Assembly: GCA_000004985.1 (NCBI GenBank)
Contig: GG738857.1
Source of the DNA: Naegleria gruberi
Taxonomy: Eukaryota
DNA: 64,000 bases
Strand: one strand, 5' to 3'
The notes under the pieces were generated by a model, which worked only from the letters and a program-made list of their open reading frames with translations, had not been told where the DNA came from and searched no databases. Shown piece after piece: positions 45,301 through 55,128 of this stretch. The position numbers and the translations under genes were made by a program. Positions within the stretch are counted from its first letter, which is position 1. The number at the start of each line of letters is the position of its first letter.

Positions 45301-45953
45301 ATTTGGAAAACAAGATTTCAGATTCAGATCCACTCAGGAAATTTAACACAGATGAGAAGATTAGAGAGAAGTATATTCACGATCCGAGACAATTATTATT
45401 TGCTTTTAATTATTTGAAACCTAAACTAAATGAAGATGGATTACAAATCGTTCACCAATATGAGGTGAAATTTAATGAATTCTTTAATAGGAGAGATCAT
45501 GTAGGTCATATTTCATTGTGGAATACTCAAAGTTCTCAATCAAAATCACTGAGCTCATTTATTGACAGCACTCAAAAAACAACTCATTTTGTTTCACCTA
45601 TGAGAGGAAATATCAGTACATTTTATGGACCGAATACGAAAGGAATTCATCCAGTTTCGGATAATGTTCTATTTGATGGGATGGCAGAAACATCACCATC
45701 TCCATTGACTCCTACATCAAAAAGAAGAACTAAGTTCGATATGTTGGAATCTTTTTTATGTGGAAATAGTTTCTCTGATGATTACTTTATTAGGCAAATG
45801 TTATTGCATGGAATTGGTGGATTTCAAATTTATGCTTTTAGATATCTTGCTGGAAACAGAGCTAGAATTAAGGATCGCAAAAAGAATTCGAAACGAAAGG
45901 ATATGGAATCGATCAAAAATGTTTCCCAACAGAAAAAGAAGAAGAATAAATGA
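42348..45953 (+). CDS. Large P-loop (TRAFAC-class-like) GTPase with an acidic insert and a roughly 570-aa conserved C-terminal domain of unknown function. This is paralogue B.
   Basis: Continuous 1201-aa ORF with ATG at 42348. The Walker A motif is LLSEPGFGKTSTLNMILSG, with WDIPGYGEQN about 200 aa downstream across an Asp/Glu-rich insert. The C-terminal domain shares long identical blocks with paralogue A. Off-frame ORFs 45034..45288 and 39171..39425 are almost identical, which indicates patches of high nucleotide identity. Confidence 0.7.
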   Translation: MSTSLLPSASFDLFDSELHNVIDEERDRKHILQQCLHKLNENNYVTKAFAKYSNIFETIDKGPEVSVCLLSEPGFGKTSTLNMILSGNDNSPMKASDRLGSGETLVCTQIKYSKDIRVTKVYCTAEKYEERIMKLMKTKDSEDEQTSPTPLTDGLSLVSSSSFEFQDDDDDEETDCEDSASDEANSLLLPEKLNVETSSVRLSEDHFVFLNGKADRNELEETFTFQSVHDIHNYFEKERKRDECNRDDILMVDKYILYYPCELLKSEYGEVILWDIPGYGEQNYGDIQAMLVEEVVSNCNVILMALTGNRNILSLNCSSNLWKYKAFEKRKDNPPTIVLTSRCPIENSNHYSELIKCHNSYIREFKENLSDFFNVDFESNPKPKKKELKEENEDEPKIIDFFGKYDFVVTVSNYATNITIPHLTDKNNWTIFKDEFSKIIEMRKRIETDYSIFKGLRYALQIVTLYRTQFPVNFQKLCKTETDKIADETLKTLLQYIETLESNIQRAISRGEKLEKKIENSFSFGNENSLTDKIQRRLFESHTRDVMIAYYSERMKKISTRIEMFRIQLHFLLETKILAAQSHEKCFDFTNFKNMLSDHIDEIFDSLKAIIPNEMTDDSRMKLDSYHESFKSMKGISEQSKILLKTLTKSGFKKITKTDDKELSLYEKAERVKRDFKKKNFKSYEDEIKIPSLSNAYMNPSRRTGNILIPLKEYETIKELKENFILPSVGEKFEENIGKIEKQSKSELELVYRSDEISGNIISLQIDKSQRRITVSYNESLQKSIQSFKKLLTTDSLIGTKGGNKSHSRQRIAPIFITAVPEYFNDFTPNFLERHVHDCCVKSDVNHIIFIMIESIYLEKAQSFLNQNLSLLNNEYSKKKLNYVFISIDTELPVNIGKKKKLCMLVAEHFELEIYHVMEDNILHVEEYIKPIFFRHNNALARYLIYAEAILYFELYSSMDYTQKKGIIKELHDFFLDEPLTRRYYLENKISDSDPLRKFNTDEKIREKYIHDPRQLLFAFNYLKPKLNEDGLQIVHQYEVKFNEFFNRRDHVGHISLWNTQSSQSKSLSSFIDSTQKTTHFVSPMRGNISTFYGPNTKGIHPVSDNVLFDGMAETSPSPLTPTSKRRTKFDMLESFLCGNSFSDDYFIRQMLLHGIGGFQIYAFRYLAGNRARIKDRKKNSKRKDMESIKNVSQQKKKKNK

Positions 45954-45978
45954 ACAACTTGGTAAACAAAAATGCAAC

Positions 45979-46051
45979 CGCCCCACGTGGGGCTCGAACC
46001 CACGACCGTTGGATTAAAAGTCCAACGCTCTACCGACTGAGCTAGCGGGGC
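45979..46051 (-). tRNA. tRNA-Lys: tRNA-Lys (anticodon UUU)
   Basis: The minus-strand sequence GCCCCGCTAGCTCAGTCGGTAGAGCGTTGGACTTTTAATCCAACGGTCGTGGGTTCGAGCCCCACGTGGGGCG folds as a cloverleaf. The 7-bp acceptor stem has one G-U pair. The D-loop is AGCTCAGTCGGTAGAGC. The anticodon loop cTTTTaa gives anticodon TTT. The T-arm is GGTTCGAGCCC. CCA is not encoded. Confidence 0.85.
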
Positions 46052-46346
46052 TGCTAATGTAAAGTAATTGGTAATGGTTCTTGAGGCTATTGACGAAACT
46101 GTTTATTATGTACCTTTGTAAGTGATGATTACTCTGAAAATACAACTATTTTTGAAAATGTTAATTTGTTGGGATGGGCAGTATAAATAAGATTAGCCTT
46201 AACTGTTCAGATTTATAGTGACCGAGAAGCAACTTGGTAGTGTCAGAAGACCAACAAGCCTAAGCGAGGAATCATTTTTGCGAATGATTGGACTAACTAA
46301 CCTAAATATTATTTCGTTTCTAGAAAATTTTCTTGTTTAATTGAAA

Positions 46347-48488
46347 TTACAAGTCTTCATCACTCTCATCAAGTGTATATTCTTGGATGCCTTGAGGTTT
46401 GTTTTGACTTGGTTCTGTTTGTTGCTCTCTTTCTAAAAAGTGTGGTTCATCTTCTAATTCTTCATCTTCCCCCCCATTGATTGGATCATGATGAGAAATA
46501 ATTGATCTATCTCCATACAAAGCCAAATATTCCTTTCTGTGTCTTCCAAGGAAACAAAAAACAAGCATTAATAAACCAATAATTGTTACCAAGGAAATAA
46601 CACCATATGTAATCATGATTGGATAAAGTCCACGATCTGAAACTAAGGCATTTTCATAGTATTCGCAAATACTTCCACTATATCTATCTTCACATTTACA
46701 CTATTATTATGAATGAATAAATATGAGTTTCAAATCAACTTACTTCATTGTAATCTACGCATGCACCTTTACCTCCACAAACCTTGCCAGTTGTTGAAAT
46801 TGAAGGAACTCCAAAGCAATATGTATGTTCGCATTCATTTCCAAAATATTCAGCCTTACATTTACAAGTATTTTCTGACAAACATTCTCCCCTCTTTACA
46901 CCTCCACAAACACTTGATGAATTAGCTGGTAATCCATAACATTTGTGAACTATTCCGTGATTATGATAAATTGGTGAAATTAATTTTAGCCACTTACTCT
47001 TTAGGTCACTGCAATACTTTCCTTCAAATTTGGCAGTGCATTTCTCACATTTTTCTCCATCAAAATTACCTTTACATTTGCAAATATTCTCTGCAACACA
47101 CTCTCCATTACCACTACACACATCAGAGTCTGTGTTTTTAAAACCATGGCAACTGACAGGAGGCTTGAGTGCAAATTTCAGTAACATGGGATTACTGCTG
47201 TCGGCATGTACCAAAATTGCAAACTCAAAATCTTTATACTTCAATGGTAAGAGCATATAATCCCAATTGCCTTTATCGTCATTATCAGTGTCCTCAATTA
47301 GGGTAAAAACTTTTTCTTTTCCATCCATTCTTTTGACAGAACAGATACCGCCGAGAGTTGTACAAGTTTTGAATACCAAATTACCATTATTGAAAGTTAA
47401 AATATTTTGAGCATCTCCTCCAGTGTAGATAGTATCAACTTCATTAAAAGTATCTCTAACAACTGCAAATGAGATAATATTTCCATCCTTGATATAAAAT
47501 CCTAATCCATCATTAATAAACAAGCTCATTACTGCGTCATTGATTTTTTGGAGCTTGTCATTCAAATGTATGTAGAGAGACTTTTTGTTTCCAATAATAT
47601 TTTTTCCCATAACAGTAGTTTGGTAAGATGGTTTGCCATCGAATAAATTTGAGTACTTTCCATCATCTGAGGTGACAATAGTTTTGAGGCCATCAAAATA
47701 AAACGTAAGGGATGTTCCTTGAACCATTGAATCGGATTGATAAGTAAGGTTTTTTACCCAAGTAATATTCAATGCTAATGGATCCAATTTTCCAATAGAT
47801 AAGACCTCTCCATTTTGGTAAAGGACGTTGACATCTCCTTCATAATCTTTGGAAAATGTAAGAGGGAAATATACTTTGTCTCCTTTCCTTTCAAAATTTT
47901 CTTTAACATTGTAACTTTTGTCGACACTTAACAATCCTTCACTGTTTGCTCCAATGAATAAATTTTTTGTAAGAATTGATGAAAGGGTGTCTACTTCCTT
48001 GATTGATTTAATTGCATTTGCGTTAAAGTTAGCTTTGTATAATCCTTGCTTCCTGTCAGTACCGATGGCACCATCAAAAAGAAGATCATTTTCATTCAAG
48101 AAAATGAGTTGATTCATTTCAGATATTTCTGTGTCACTGATAATATTAGCAGAGTCGTCATTTTTCAAATAAACGAGTCTAACACCCTTATATCCATTAG
48201 TATTCTTTAACAACCATGATTAGTGAATATATTCATTTCAAAACATACTTGATTTGGAGCGTAGTGTGCTTTAAAGTAAACAGTGCTTCCATCGGGTTTA
48301 ACAATATAGTTTTTAAAATCATCTTGATCATTGTCTTCTTGTAAAACTGTAAAATTATCAGTATCTTTTCTTTCTTGTCTGTAAACGTTGTCTGTTGGTG
48401 TTGAAATTGAATAGACGAAACTAATTCCGGCCATCAAATTGACAACCAAAAAAACGGCAATCAACAAACTTGCCAGATTTTTAAACAT
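46347..48488 (-). CDS. Type-I membrane glycoprotein with tandem EGF-like Cys-rich repeats. Three exons: 48488-48249, 48204-46744 and 46700-46347.
   Basis: ATG at 48488 gives the signal peptide MFKNLASLLIAVFLVVNLMAG. Intron 48248-48205 (44 nt, GTATGT to ttaaag) and intron 46743-46701 (43 nt, GTAAGT to aataatag) are both phase 0. The ectodomain of about 330 aa is of unknown fold. Three to four EGF/tenascin-like repeats follow (CSGNGECVAENICKCKGNFDGEKC, CGGVKRGECLSENTCKCKAEYFGNEC, CGGKGACVDYNE-CKCEDRYSGSIC). A TM helix IMITYGVISLVTIIGLLMLVFCFL and an acidic cytoplasmic tail complete the protein. Confidence 0.65.
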
Positions 48489-48861
48489 TTTTTTTTAAAA
48501 TGAATAAAGAATTGATTGCGTCATTTCAATCCACAATCCATTGAGGGTTATGAAGGCGATTGAACAACGTGTTTAATGCCAATTTTCTTCCTTTTGATTA
48601 TGTTACTTATTCAAAACTCGCTAATATAGATCGAGAATCATTCTGTTGAAATCCAACACAATATTATTCCGACCATCAAATTAGTTGAACTAGTTGCATC
48701 GCCTTACATTAATCAGTATTTTCTCTCCACAAAAACTACAGCCAAACAGCTAGTTGATGAAGGTTGTTCCAAACACTGTGGTGAGCCATTTTTTTGATAA
48801 ATGTTCTTTAATATTTTGGCGCCAATCAAACTACAACACGTTATTGATACTTAATAAAAAA

Positions 48862-49536
48862 ATGTCTAAAAAACCAACCTCAGCAAAGAAACCCACCGAT
48901 CCAAAGAAAGCAGCAACACCAGTGATAAAGATAAATCCTCATTCATTCTTTCTATTTGAACAAGATGACGGAACAACACAAGAGGAAATAGGAAAGGTAA
49001 TATTTGAATTATATGAGGATAAGGTTCCTAAAACAGTGGCCAATTTTAAAAGTTTATGTTTAGGAGATAAGGGAAAAACCAAACCATTGAAGGAATTTAA
49101 TAATATTACAGCAACATTGCACTATAAAGGAACGAATGTAAATAGGATAGCTAGAGGATTTTTAATACAAGGAGGTGATGTTGTTTTAAATAATGGGAAT
49201 TCAGGTCATTCAGTGACAAGTAAGGTCTTGGAAGATGAAAATTTTGAATTGAAACATGAACCATTCGTGTTGACATGTCCAAATTATGGCCCAAATACTA
49301 ATACAAGTCAGTACGCCATTACACTTTCTAAATGTCCATGGCTCGATGACCAACATGTTGTATTTGGGAGAGTGAAAGAAGGATTTGAAGTGCTGAAGAA
49401 GATTGAATCGTTTGGGAGCGACTCAGGTAAGATAGTGATTGGAACGTTGAGGATCAAGGATTGTGGGTTATTAACAGAACAAGAGCTGCAAAAATATGCT
49501 CCTCCTTCCAGACCTCAAACACCTTCAAATCAATGA
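48862..49536 (+). CDS. Cyclophilin-type peptidyl-prolyl cis-trans isomerase
   Basis: ATG at 48862. Cyclophilin blocks are HSFFLFEQDDG...GKVIFELYEDKVPKTVANF, GFLIQGGDVV, SQYAITLSKCPWLDDQHVVFGRVKEGFEVLKKIE and IKDCG. Confidence 0.8.
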   Translation: MSKKPTSAKKPTDPKKAATPVIKINPHSFFLFEQDDGTTQEEIGKVIFELYEDKVPKTVANFKSLCLGDKGKTKPLKEFNNITATLHYKGTNVNRIARGFLIQGGDVVLNNGNSGHSVTSKVLEDENFELKHEPFVLTCPNYGPNTNTSQYAITLSKCPWLDDQHVVFGRVKEGFEVLKKIESFGSDSGKIVIGTLRIKDCGLLTEQELQKYAPPSRPQTPSNQ

Positions 49537-49647
49537 TGATTTATTGCTTGTCTTTCCGAAGGTACTCATCAATCAATTGTCATCCAATTGCAATTTTCAA
49601 TAAAAAAAATTAACAAATCACCACTCCATCAACAAAACCTGATAGAG

Positions 49648-50982
49648 ATGTCAACTAGAGACGAAATTTTGGATCAAATTGAATCCTTACAAAACCTTCT
49701 TGATGATGGTATCATGGACGAAGAACAATTCTCTGCTGCCAAAGATAAACTCCTCAAGAAATTAGAAGAACTCGAAAATGAAGAAGCTGAAGCCAATCAC
49801 CACAACGATGAAGATGATTATCCACCACGTGGTGCTAGTTCTCGTAATAATAGAGGAGGAGATGATGAAGAAGAAGGTGATCCATACGCAGATGCCTACG
49901 GTGATGAAGATATTGCAGGAGCAGGTGCTGAAGGTGATGATGTTGTTGAATCATACTTGGATACTCACGAAAGATTGTTGGCCACCATGAAGAATACAAA
50001 GGCTAATGAACAAACTAGATGGGGAAAGTCAGGTCAAATTTATGTAAGTATTGAAAAGGTCATTGATATTTATACTTTTTTACTTGTTTTTATATATGTT
50101 GATAATGATAATATTATTATGATTGTTATTGTTGTTCATATTGTTATAACACAACTAATAATGTGTGTATTAATACTTTTTGTATTGAATACATTGAATG
50201 GGTAATATTTATTATTATTATTACTACTACTACTATACTGCTGACGTCAAATTTAATATTTGTTGTTGTTGTTGATGTGCTGTTGTTGTGTTACTGTGTG
50301 TAATTACACTATTGTGTAATGATAATGTAACAATCTATTATTGTAAAATTACATTACAATGAATTCTAACACGTATTTATATTCGAATAGGATGAAAACA
50401 AACTCACTTGGGGTAGTTATTTGGACACTCACGAAAAGGACTCATCCAGCAGAAAGGAAACCAAATTCCGTTCTGGTGCTCAATGGGGTAAAAGTGCTGA
50501 TGTTGTCTATGTAAGTTTCTAACACTATTTAAACAAGTTTCTAATAATTTTAATTACTAATTACTACCACAATTTGTTGTTATCCACTTACAATTTAACA
50601 CAAATGTTCACACACTGCTACTATTGCTATTGTTCATATACTACAAAAAAAAACAGGATGAAACCAAGTTGACATTCGGTTCTTATCTCAAGAGTGAAGA
50701 AGAAAAGAAGAAGAAGATTGAAGAAGAAGAAGCCAAAAAGAAGATGGAAACCATTGATGCTATTAAGAAGAAGAAGGATGGTGAATTCTTAGATCCAAGA
50801 AATGCCAAGTTCAAGCTTGAAGAACTGCAAGGAAAGTTCCCTAAGGGAGTTGATCCAATTAAGAAGGAACTCTACTTGTCTTCTGAAGATTTCAAAAAGC
50901 ACTTTGGCATGACATTGACTGAATATGTTAAATTGGGTGCTTTCCAAAAGAAGAAGCTCAAGAAGCAACTTGATTTGTTCTA
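49648..50982 (+). CDS. Villin-headpiece (VHP) domain protein with internal repeats. Three exons: 49648-50043, 50391-50510 and 50647-50982.
   Basis: Introns 50044-50390 and 50511-50646 are both GTAAGT to AG and phase 0. The C-terminus LSSEDFKKHFGMTLTEYVKLGAFQKKKLKKQLDLF is a canonical VHP. Each exon ends with a repeat of the form KLT(W/F)GSYL....WGKSxxxxY. The N-terminal helix DEILDQIESLQNLLDDGIMDEEQFSAAKDKLL resembles a SHOCT-like motif. Confidence 0.65.
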
Positions 50983-51736
50983 AATTGACTTCAATGATTC
51001 CAAATCATTTCTTATATCAACCTTGTTTATCACTCAGGGTTTTCACAAATTGTACATTTTTTCAAGTTTTGTTAATTATTTCTATTATTCAATTCAAATC
51101 ATTGAATTTGACAAGTTATTTAATGACATTGTGATATTTCAATAAATGAAATGTCATGTAAAATTATAAATTAAAAATTATGTTAATCTTTTTGTTCATC
51201 TGTGGTTCCTAATAAGTCAGATTTTAATGTCAAGTGAAAAAATTGACTTTTATTGATGTCATCTCTCTGTCATCTTTGACAGGTCTTCAATCTACTTCTG
51301 TTACTTGATATTATTTAATGAATTCATCATGAATTTAATGACATTCTAAACTTTATGGGAACTTCACAATAAGCAAAACAACAACAACTCTGTCTCAAGT
51401 AATCAATTTTTACTCTAAAAATCTTGTCACTTGTTAGGTACAAAGAAACTGTTCAGTGTGGTTGTAGGTTGTTTTTTCTTCGCCTTTTTGAGCTTATTTC
51501 CTGTAAGGTAGGAATCTCGCCATTGAGGATTGTTGTCAGGCTCAAAATAGGCAGTAAAACAATTATGAAAGATGCCAATTTTTTAAAGACAACTGACACC
51601 AATTAGTCAATGAAAAGGACTAAAACCTATTAGGTCACTTTTCCCCTCATCATGCAAAATAGAGTCTCCAAGATAATCAACCAATTTGCCAGCTAAAGAA
51701 CTCTCCAACACCAAAAAAACGACAACACTCAAACTC

Positions 51737-52645
51737 ATGGGCCACAAGCATTCTCATCACAACAACAACTCCTCATCGACCATGATGATGAGCGAACACG
51801 AACAAGATTTCCATTCAAACTCTTCGCCGAATAGTGCAAGATTCAACCATTCATCCTCTTCTTCGCCACGAGCAAACAACTTTACATGTAATAGTCATGG
51901 ACAATTGGATACTTGTCAGACATGCAAGGATAGCAATACGAATTGCGTGAAGAGCAAGCAGGAGAGAAGATTCGCTCAGCTCTTAATGTTATGTCAGGCA
52001 TTTGAAGAGCAGTATCCTGAGGTGTGGAAACAATTTGTGATTCAATATTACTTGACTGCCAATTTCAAGTTTCCACAAAAGAGAAAGAGAAGGATGAGCT
52101 CTTCTATAGATTCAGCACCTGGAAAATTGGTGTCTTCTTCTTTGGATTCTCAAAATGTTATGTATTCGAATAGTGGCAATTCGTTCAAAGTGAGCTCGCT
52201 GCCTAGTGAGTCGAATCCTTCCACAAATCAAATTGCTCAGGTACCAACCACTTTTGTACATCATTCATACTCTTTGGGAAGTTTAAATGATAATCCAAAT
52301 TCGAATATAATGGTAAATTCGAATGATGCAATGATAACAGACAAGGTTGTCCATTTACCAGAATCAGCGAGGAAAGAAATTGAAAAGATTGATAGGAAAA
52401 TGTGTTGTACATCATCTCAGGATTTTGACCTTTCCTCTGACGATGAAATGTTTCCCAATGTTGATCTTGGAAACAATATAGCATGCGAGGGAGGAGATAG
52501 AAATCCACAATATGGTCAAGTGATGGATCAATTCATGAGGGAATTTATAGAATATAATCTTAAACACTGGAAAATACCAAACAAATTGGAAGATATTAAT
52601 ATGGTTAAAATATTTGAGGATTTTCTAAAGAATATCAATAAATGA
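51737..52645 (+). CDS. Hypothetical low-complexity protein with an N-terminal MGHKHS motif, a candidate N-myristoylation site
   Basis: The ORF-track entry 51686..52645 has its first ATG at 51737. The protein is rich in Ser/Asn/His tracts, with a Cys cluster CNSHGQLDTCQTCKDSNTNC. I could not recognise a domain. Confidence 0.3.
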   Translation: MGHKHSHHNNNSSSTMMMSEHEQDFHSNSSPNSARFNHSSSSSPRANNFTCNSHGQLDTCQTCKDSNTNCVKSKQERRFAQLLMLCQAFEEQYPEVWKQFVIQYYLTANFKFPQKRKRRMSSSIDSAPGKLVSSSLDSQNVMYSNSGNSFKVSSLPSESNPSTNQIAQVPTTFVHHSYSLGSLNDNPNSNIMVNSNDAMITDKVVHLPESARKEIEKIDRKMCCTSSQDFDLSSDDEMFPNVDLGNNIACEGGDRNPQYGQVMDQFMREFIEYNLKHWKIPNKLEDINMVKIFEDFLKNINK

Positions 52646-52715
52646 AAATGGAATTTTCTGAAAAAGCAATACTCCAAATTCGTCTTGTTCAATTTGCTTT
52701 GAATAATGATAAAAA

Positions 52716-53345
52716 ATGATTAGTTTGCAGAATAAGAGGTTGTATCTGTGGATATTCCTTGTGTTTTCCATTTCTTTCCTTTCTTTTTCCATGTTCTTAT
52801 TGGTTACTTCAACATTGTTAGTCAACCGAATTAATGATTTTCCTCCAATCAAGACAAGTGTTAAAACAACTTGTACCATTATCAATCCAAACATATATTG
52901 TGAAAAAACCTCTGTTCAAGATTACGTTGTTTTACACGGTACTTCCAAACAAGATCAAAGTGAAATCTTGAATTGCCATGCCTTACTCAAATACACCACT
53001 CAATCAGTTTACACACCAACTCTAGAGAGTGTTTCCTATTTTCCTCATTCATCCACCAGTTCCCAACATTCCTACAAGGAGGGAGAAGTGGTTGAATGTT
53101 TCTATGATCATCTTCGTCCTCAAATTGTCAGCTATTATCATACCATTGTAGTGGAGGATAAAACCACTTGGTACAAGGTTAAGGAAATTGGCTATGTTGG
53201 TTTGGCTGCTTGTGCTATCCTTGCACTCACTAGTGTCGTTTGTATGTTTGCTTCATGTTGGTGTTCCTTCTTGTATAATAGAGAGGTGAGGAGGTATGGT
53301 AATGCTGATGTTGGAGTTAAGGAGTTTCCGTACAGCAATGGATAA
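52716..53345 (+). CDS. Hypothetical small membrane protein with two TM helices
   Basis: ATG at 52716. The N-terminal TM helix is LYLWIFLVFSISFLSFSMFLLV and the C-terminal one is YVGLAACAILALTSVVCMFASCWC. The ectodomain between them is Cys-containing. I could not recognise a family. Confidence 0.35.
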   Translation: MISLQNKRLYLWIFLVFSISFLSFSMFLLVTSTLLVNRINDFPPIKTSVKTTCTIINPNIYCEKTSVQDYVVLHGTSKQDQSEILNCHALLKYTTQSVYTPTLESVSYFPHSSTSSQHSYKEGEVVECFYDHLRPQIVSYYHTIVVEDKTTWYKVKEIGYVGLAACAILALTSVVCMFASCWCSFLYNREVRRYGNADVGVKEFPYSNG

Positions 53346-53856
53346 CTAGATAATTCTAGTTTAGTAATATATTGTTGTTTTCTAATTGAAACATTCATCA
53401 TCATCTTCATCAATAAATAGATAAATTAATAATTTCTCAACTGATAATTTTGTTCAATCATTAAGGACACATATCGCAAAGAAATTCCTTCCAAATTTCA
53501 ATCCTTAATCATCAGCCAACATATTATGGCAAGAAGTATATTAGTAATTCAACTCAATTTTTTCATCATCAATTTTTCACCATTTATTAACAATAGCTGT
53601 TTATGAGCTTCTTCGAACGGACGGGATTATTGAATATTTTATGAATGGACATTCTTGTTCTAAATGAACCCAAATATGGATAATAAGCGTTCTTTGGTAT
53701 CAAATCCAATTCTTCTCTTGTAGTGATACTCCATCGAACTCTTCGAAGATTTGAAAAATCCCCTCATCCGAAGCTAAGAAATAAAAAAATATCGCATTGT
53801 GACTACTGGTATTACATAGCCGAACAAGAATCCAACTGTAAATAATCAAAGAAGTA

Positions 53857-54840
53857 ATGAAAAGTAAAAGGCAACAAGAATATTCTCTGAAGGGAATTCG
53901 AATAATTGTAGTTTTGATGATGGTGATGATAGGTTTCTTCGGAATAATATCTTGTAAGGATGATTTTCGGGAAACAAGTAATGAATTGGCTTTGGAGTTC
54001 TTTCCTCTTGATAAATTGATTATGAAGAGTATTGTATTGGATGAATACAATAATGAACTTGTTTATAATATGGTCAATTTGACGAATAATGATTCCATGA
54101 CAAATGGAACAGATAGTAACAATTCGAGTGGGATTGAAGATAATCTTTTTTGGGTTATTGTCAAGTCAATTTATTTCAATGCATTTGGAAGTGGAGTGTT
54201 TGCTGGTTTGGTGACAATTGCTATCACTGTCATTATTGAAAAGTTTGGACCTCAGGTTGGAGGTGTTATTGGTACGTTGTAAACCAATTAGTTCAATTTT
54301 TTTAAATCAACTTTTAAATCAATAATAGGCACCTTACCAAGTACAATTATTCCAGCAACAATTGGGTTCTCAATTGAGGCAGATAAGAATTACGGAACAG
54401 ATCCAGAATTGAGGAAACACATGCTCATCCAGCAATTCTTTGTGATACCTTTGGCTGTTTTCTGCAATTGTCTCTTTTTGGTTATTTGGAAATATTCGCC
54501 ACACATTATTGATAGGATTAAACTTTTAATTGATAGGAAGAGAGGGAAGAGCAAGCAAATCAATATTGTTGCTTCTCATGAGGCAAGCGTTCAAGAAATG
54601 AATGAGATTCCATTTGAAGAAAACCATGATATACACGATGCAGATGAGGGACATCATCGTCCTTCTGTTGAGCTCCTCACTGCTGCACAAGGCACTGATG
54701 AACATAGTACCACTGAGCTCCAAACAGAAAGCCAACCAAGCAGAAAGTACCTTGTTGGAAAAATGTTTATTGTAATGACATTGTCATTGGTGGTATGGTT
54801 TACATTGGCTATTGTGATTGTGACAGTTACTAAGGTCGAA
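53857..54840 (+). CDS. Polytopic membrane protein (two exons: 53857-54271 and 54329 to at least 54840), truncated at the 3' end by an assembly gap
   Basis: ATG at 53857. Intron 54272-54328 (57 nt, GTACGT to ataatag) joins ...GPQVGGVIG to GTLPSTIIPATIGFSIEADK..., so ORF-track entries 53857..54282 and 54409.. belong to the same gene. The protein has multiple hydrophobic helices and runs into the N gap at 54842. Confidence 0.45.
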
Positions 54841-54841
54841 A

Positions 54842-55128
54842 NNNNNNNNNNNNNNNNNNNNNNNNNNNNNNNNNNNNNNNNNNNNNNNNNNNNNNNNNNN
54901 NNNNNNNNNNNNNNNNNNNNNNNNNNNNNNNNNNNNNNNNNNNNNNNNNNNNNNNNNNNNNNNNNNNNNNNNNNNNNNNNNNNNNNNNNNNNNNNNNNNN
55001 NNNNNNNNNNNNNNNNNNNNNNNNNNNNNNNNNNNNNNNNNNNNNNNNNNNNNNNNNNNNNNNNNNNNNNNNNNNNNNNNNNNNNNNNNNNNNNNNNNNN
55101 NNNNNNNNNNNNNNNNNNNNNNNNNNNN
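54842..55128. other. Assembly gap (287 N)
   Basis: Run of n characters. It separates the membrane-protein gene from the PPR gene. The ORF-track entry 54409..58980 (1523 aa with X residues) is an artefact of reading through this gap. Confidence 0.95.
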
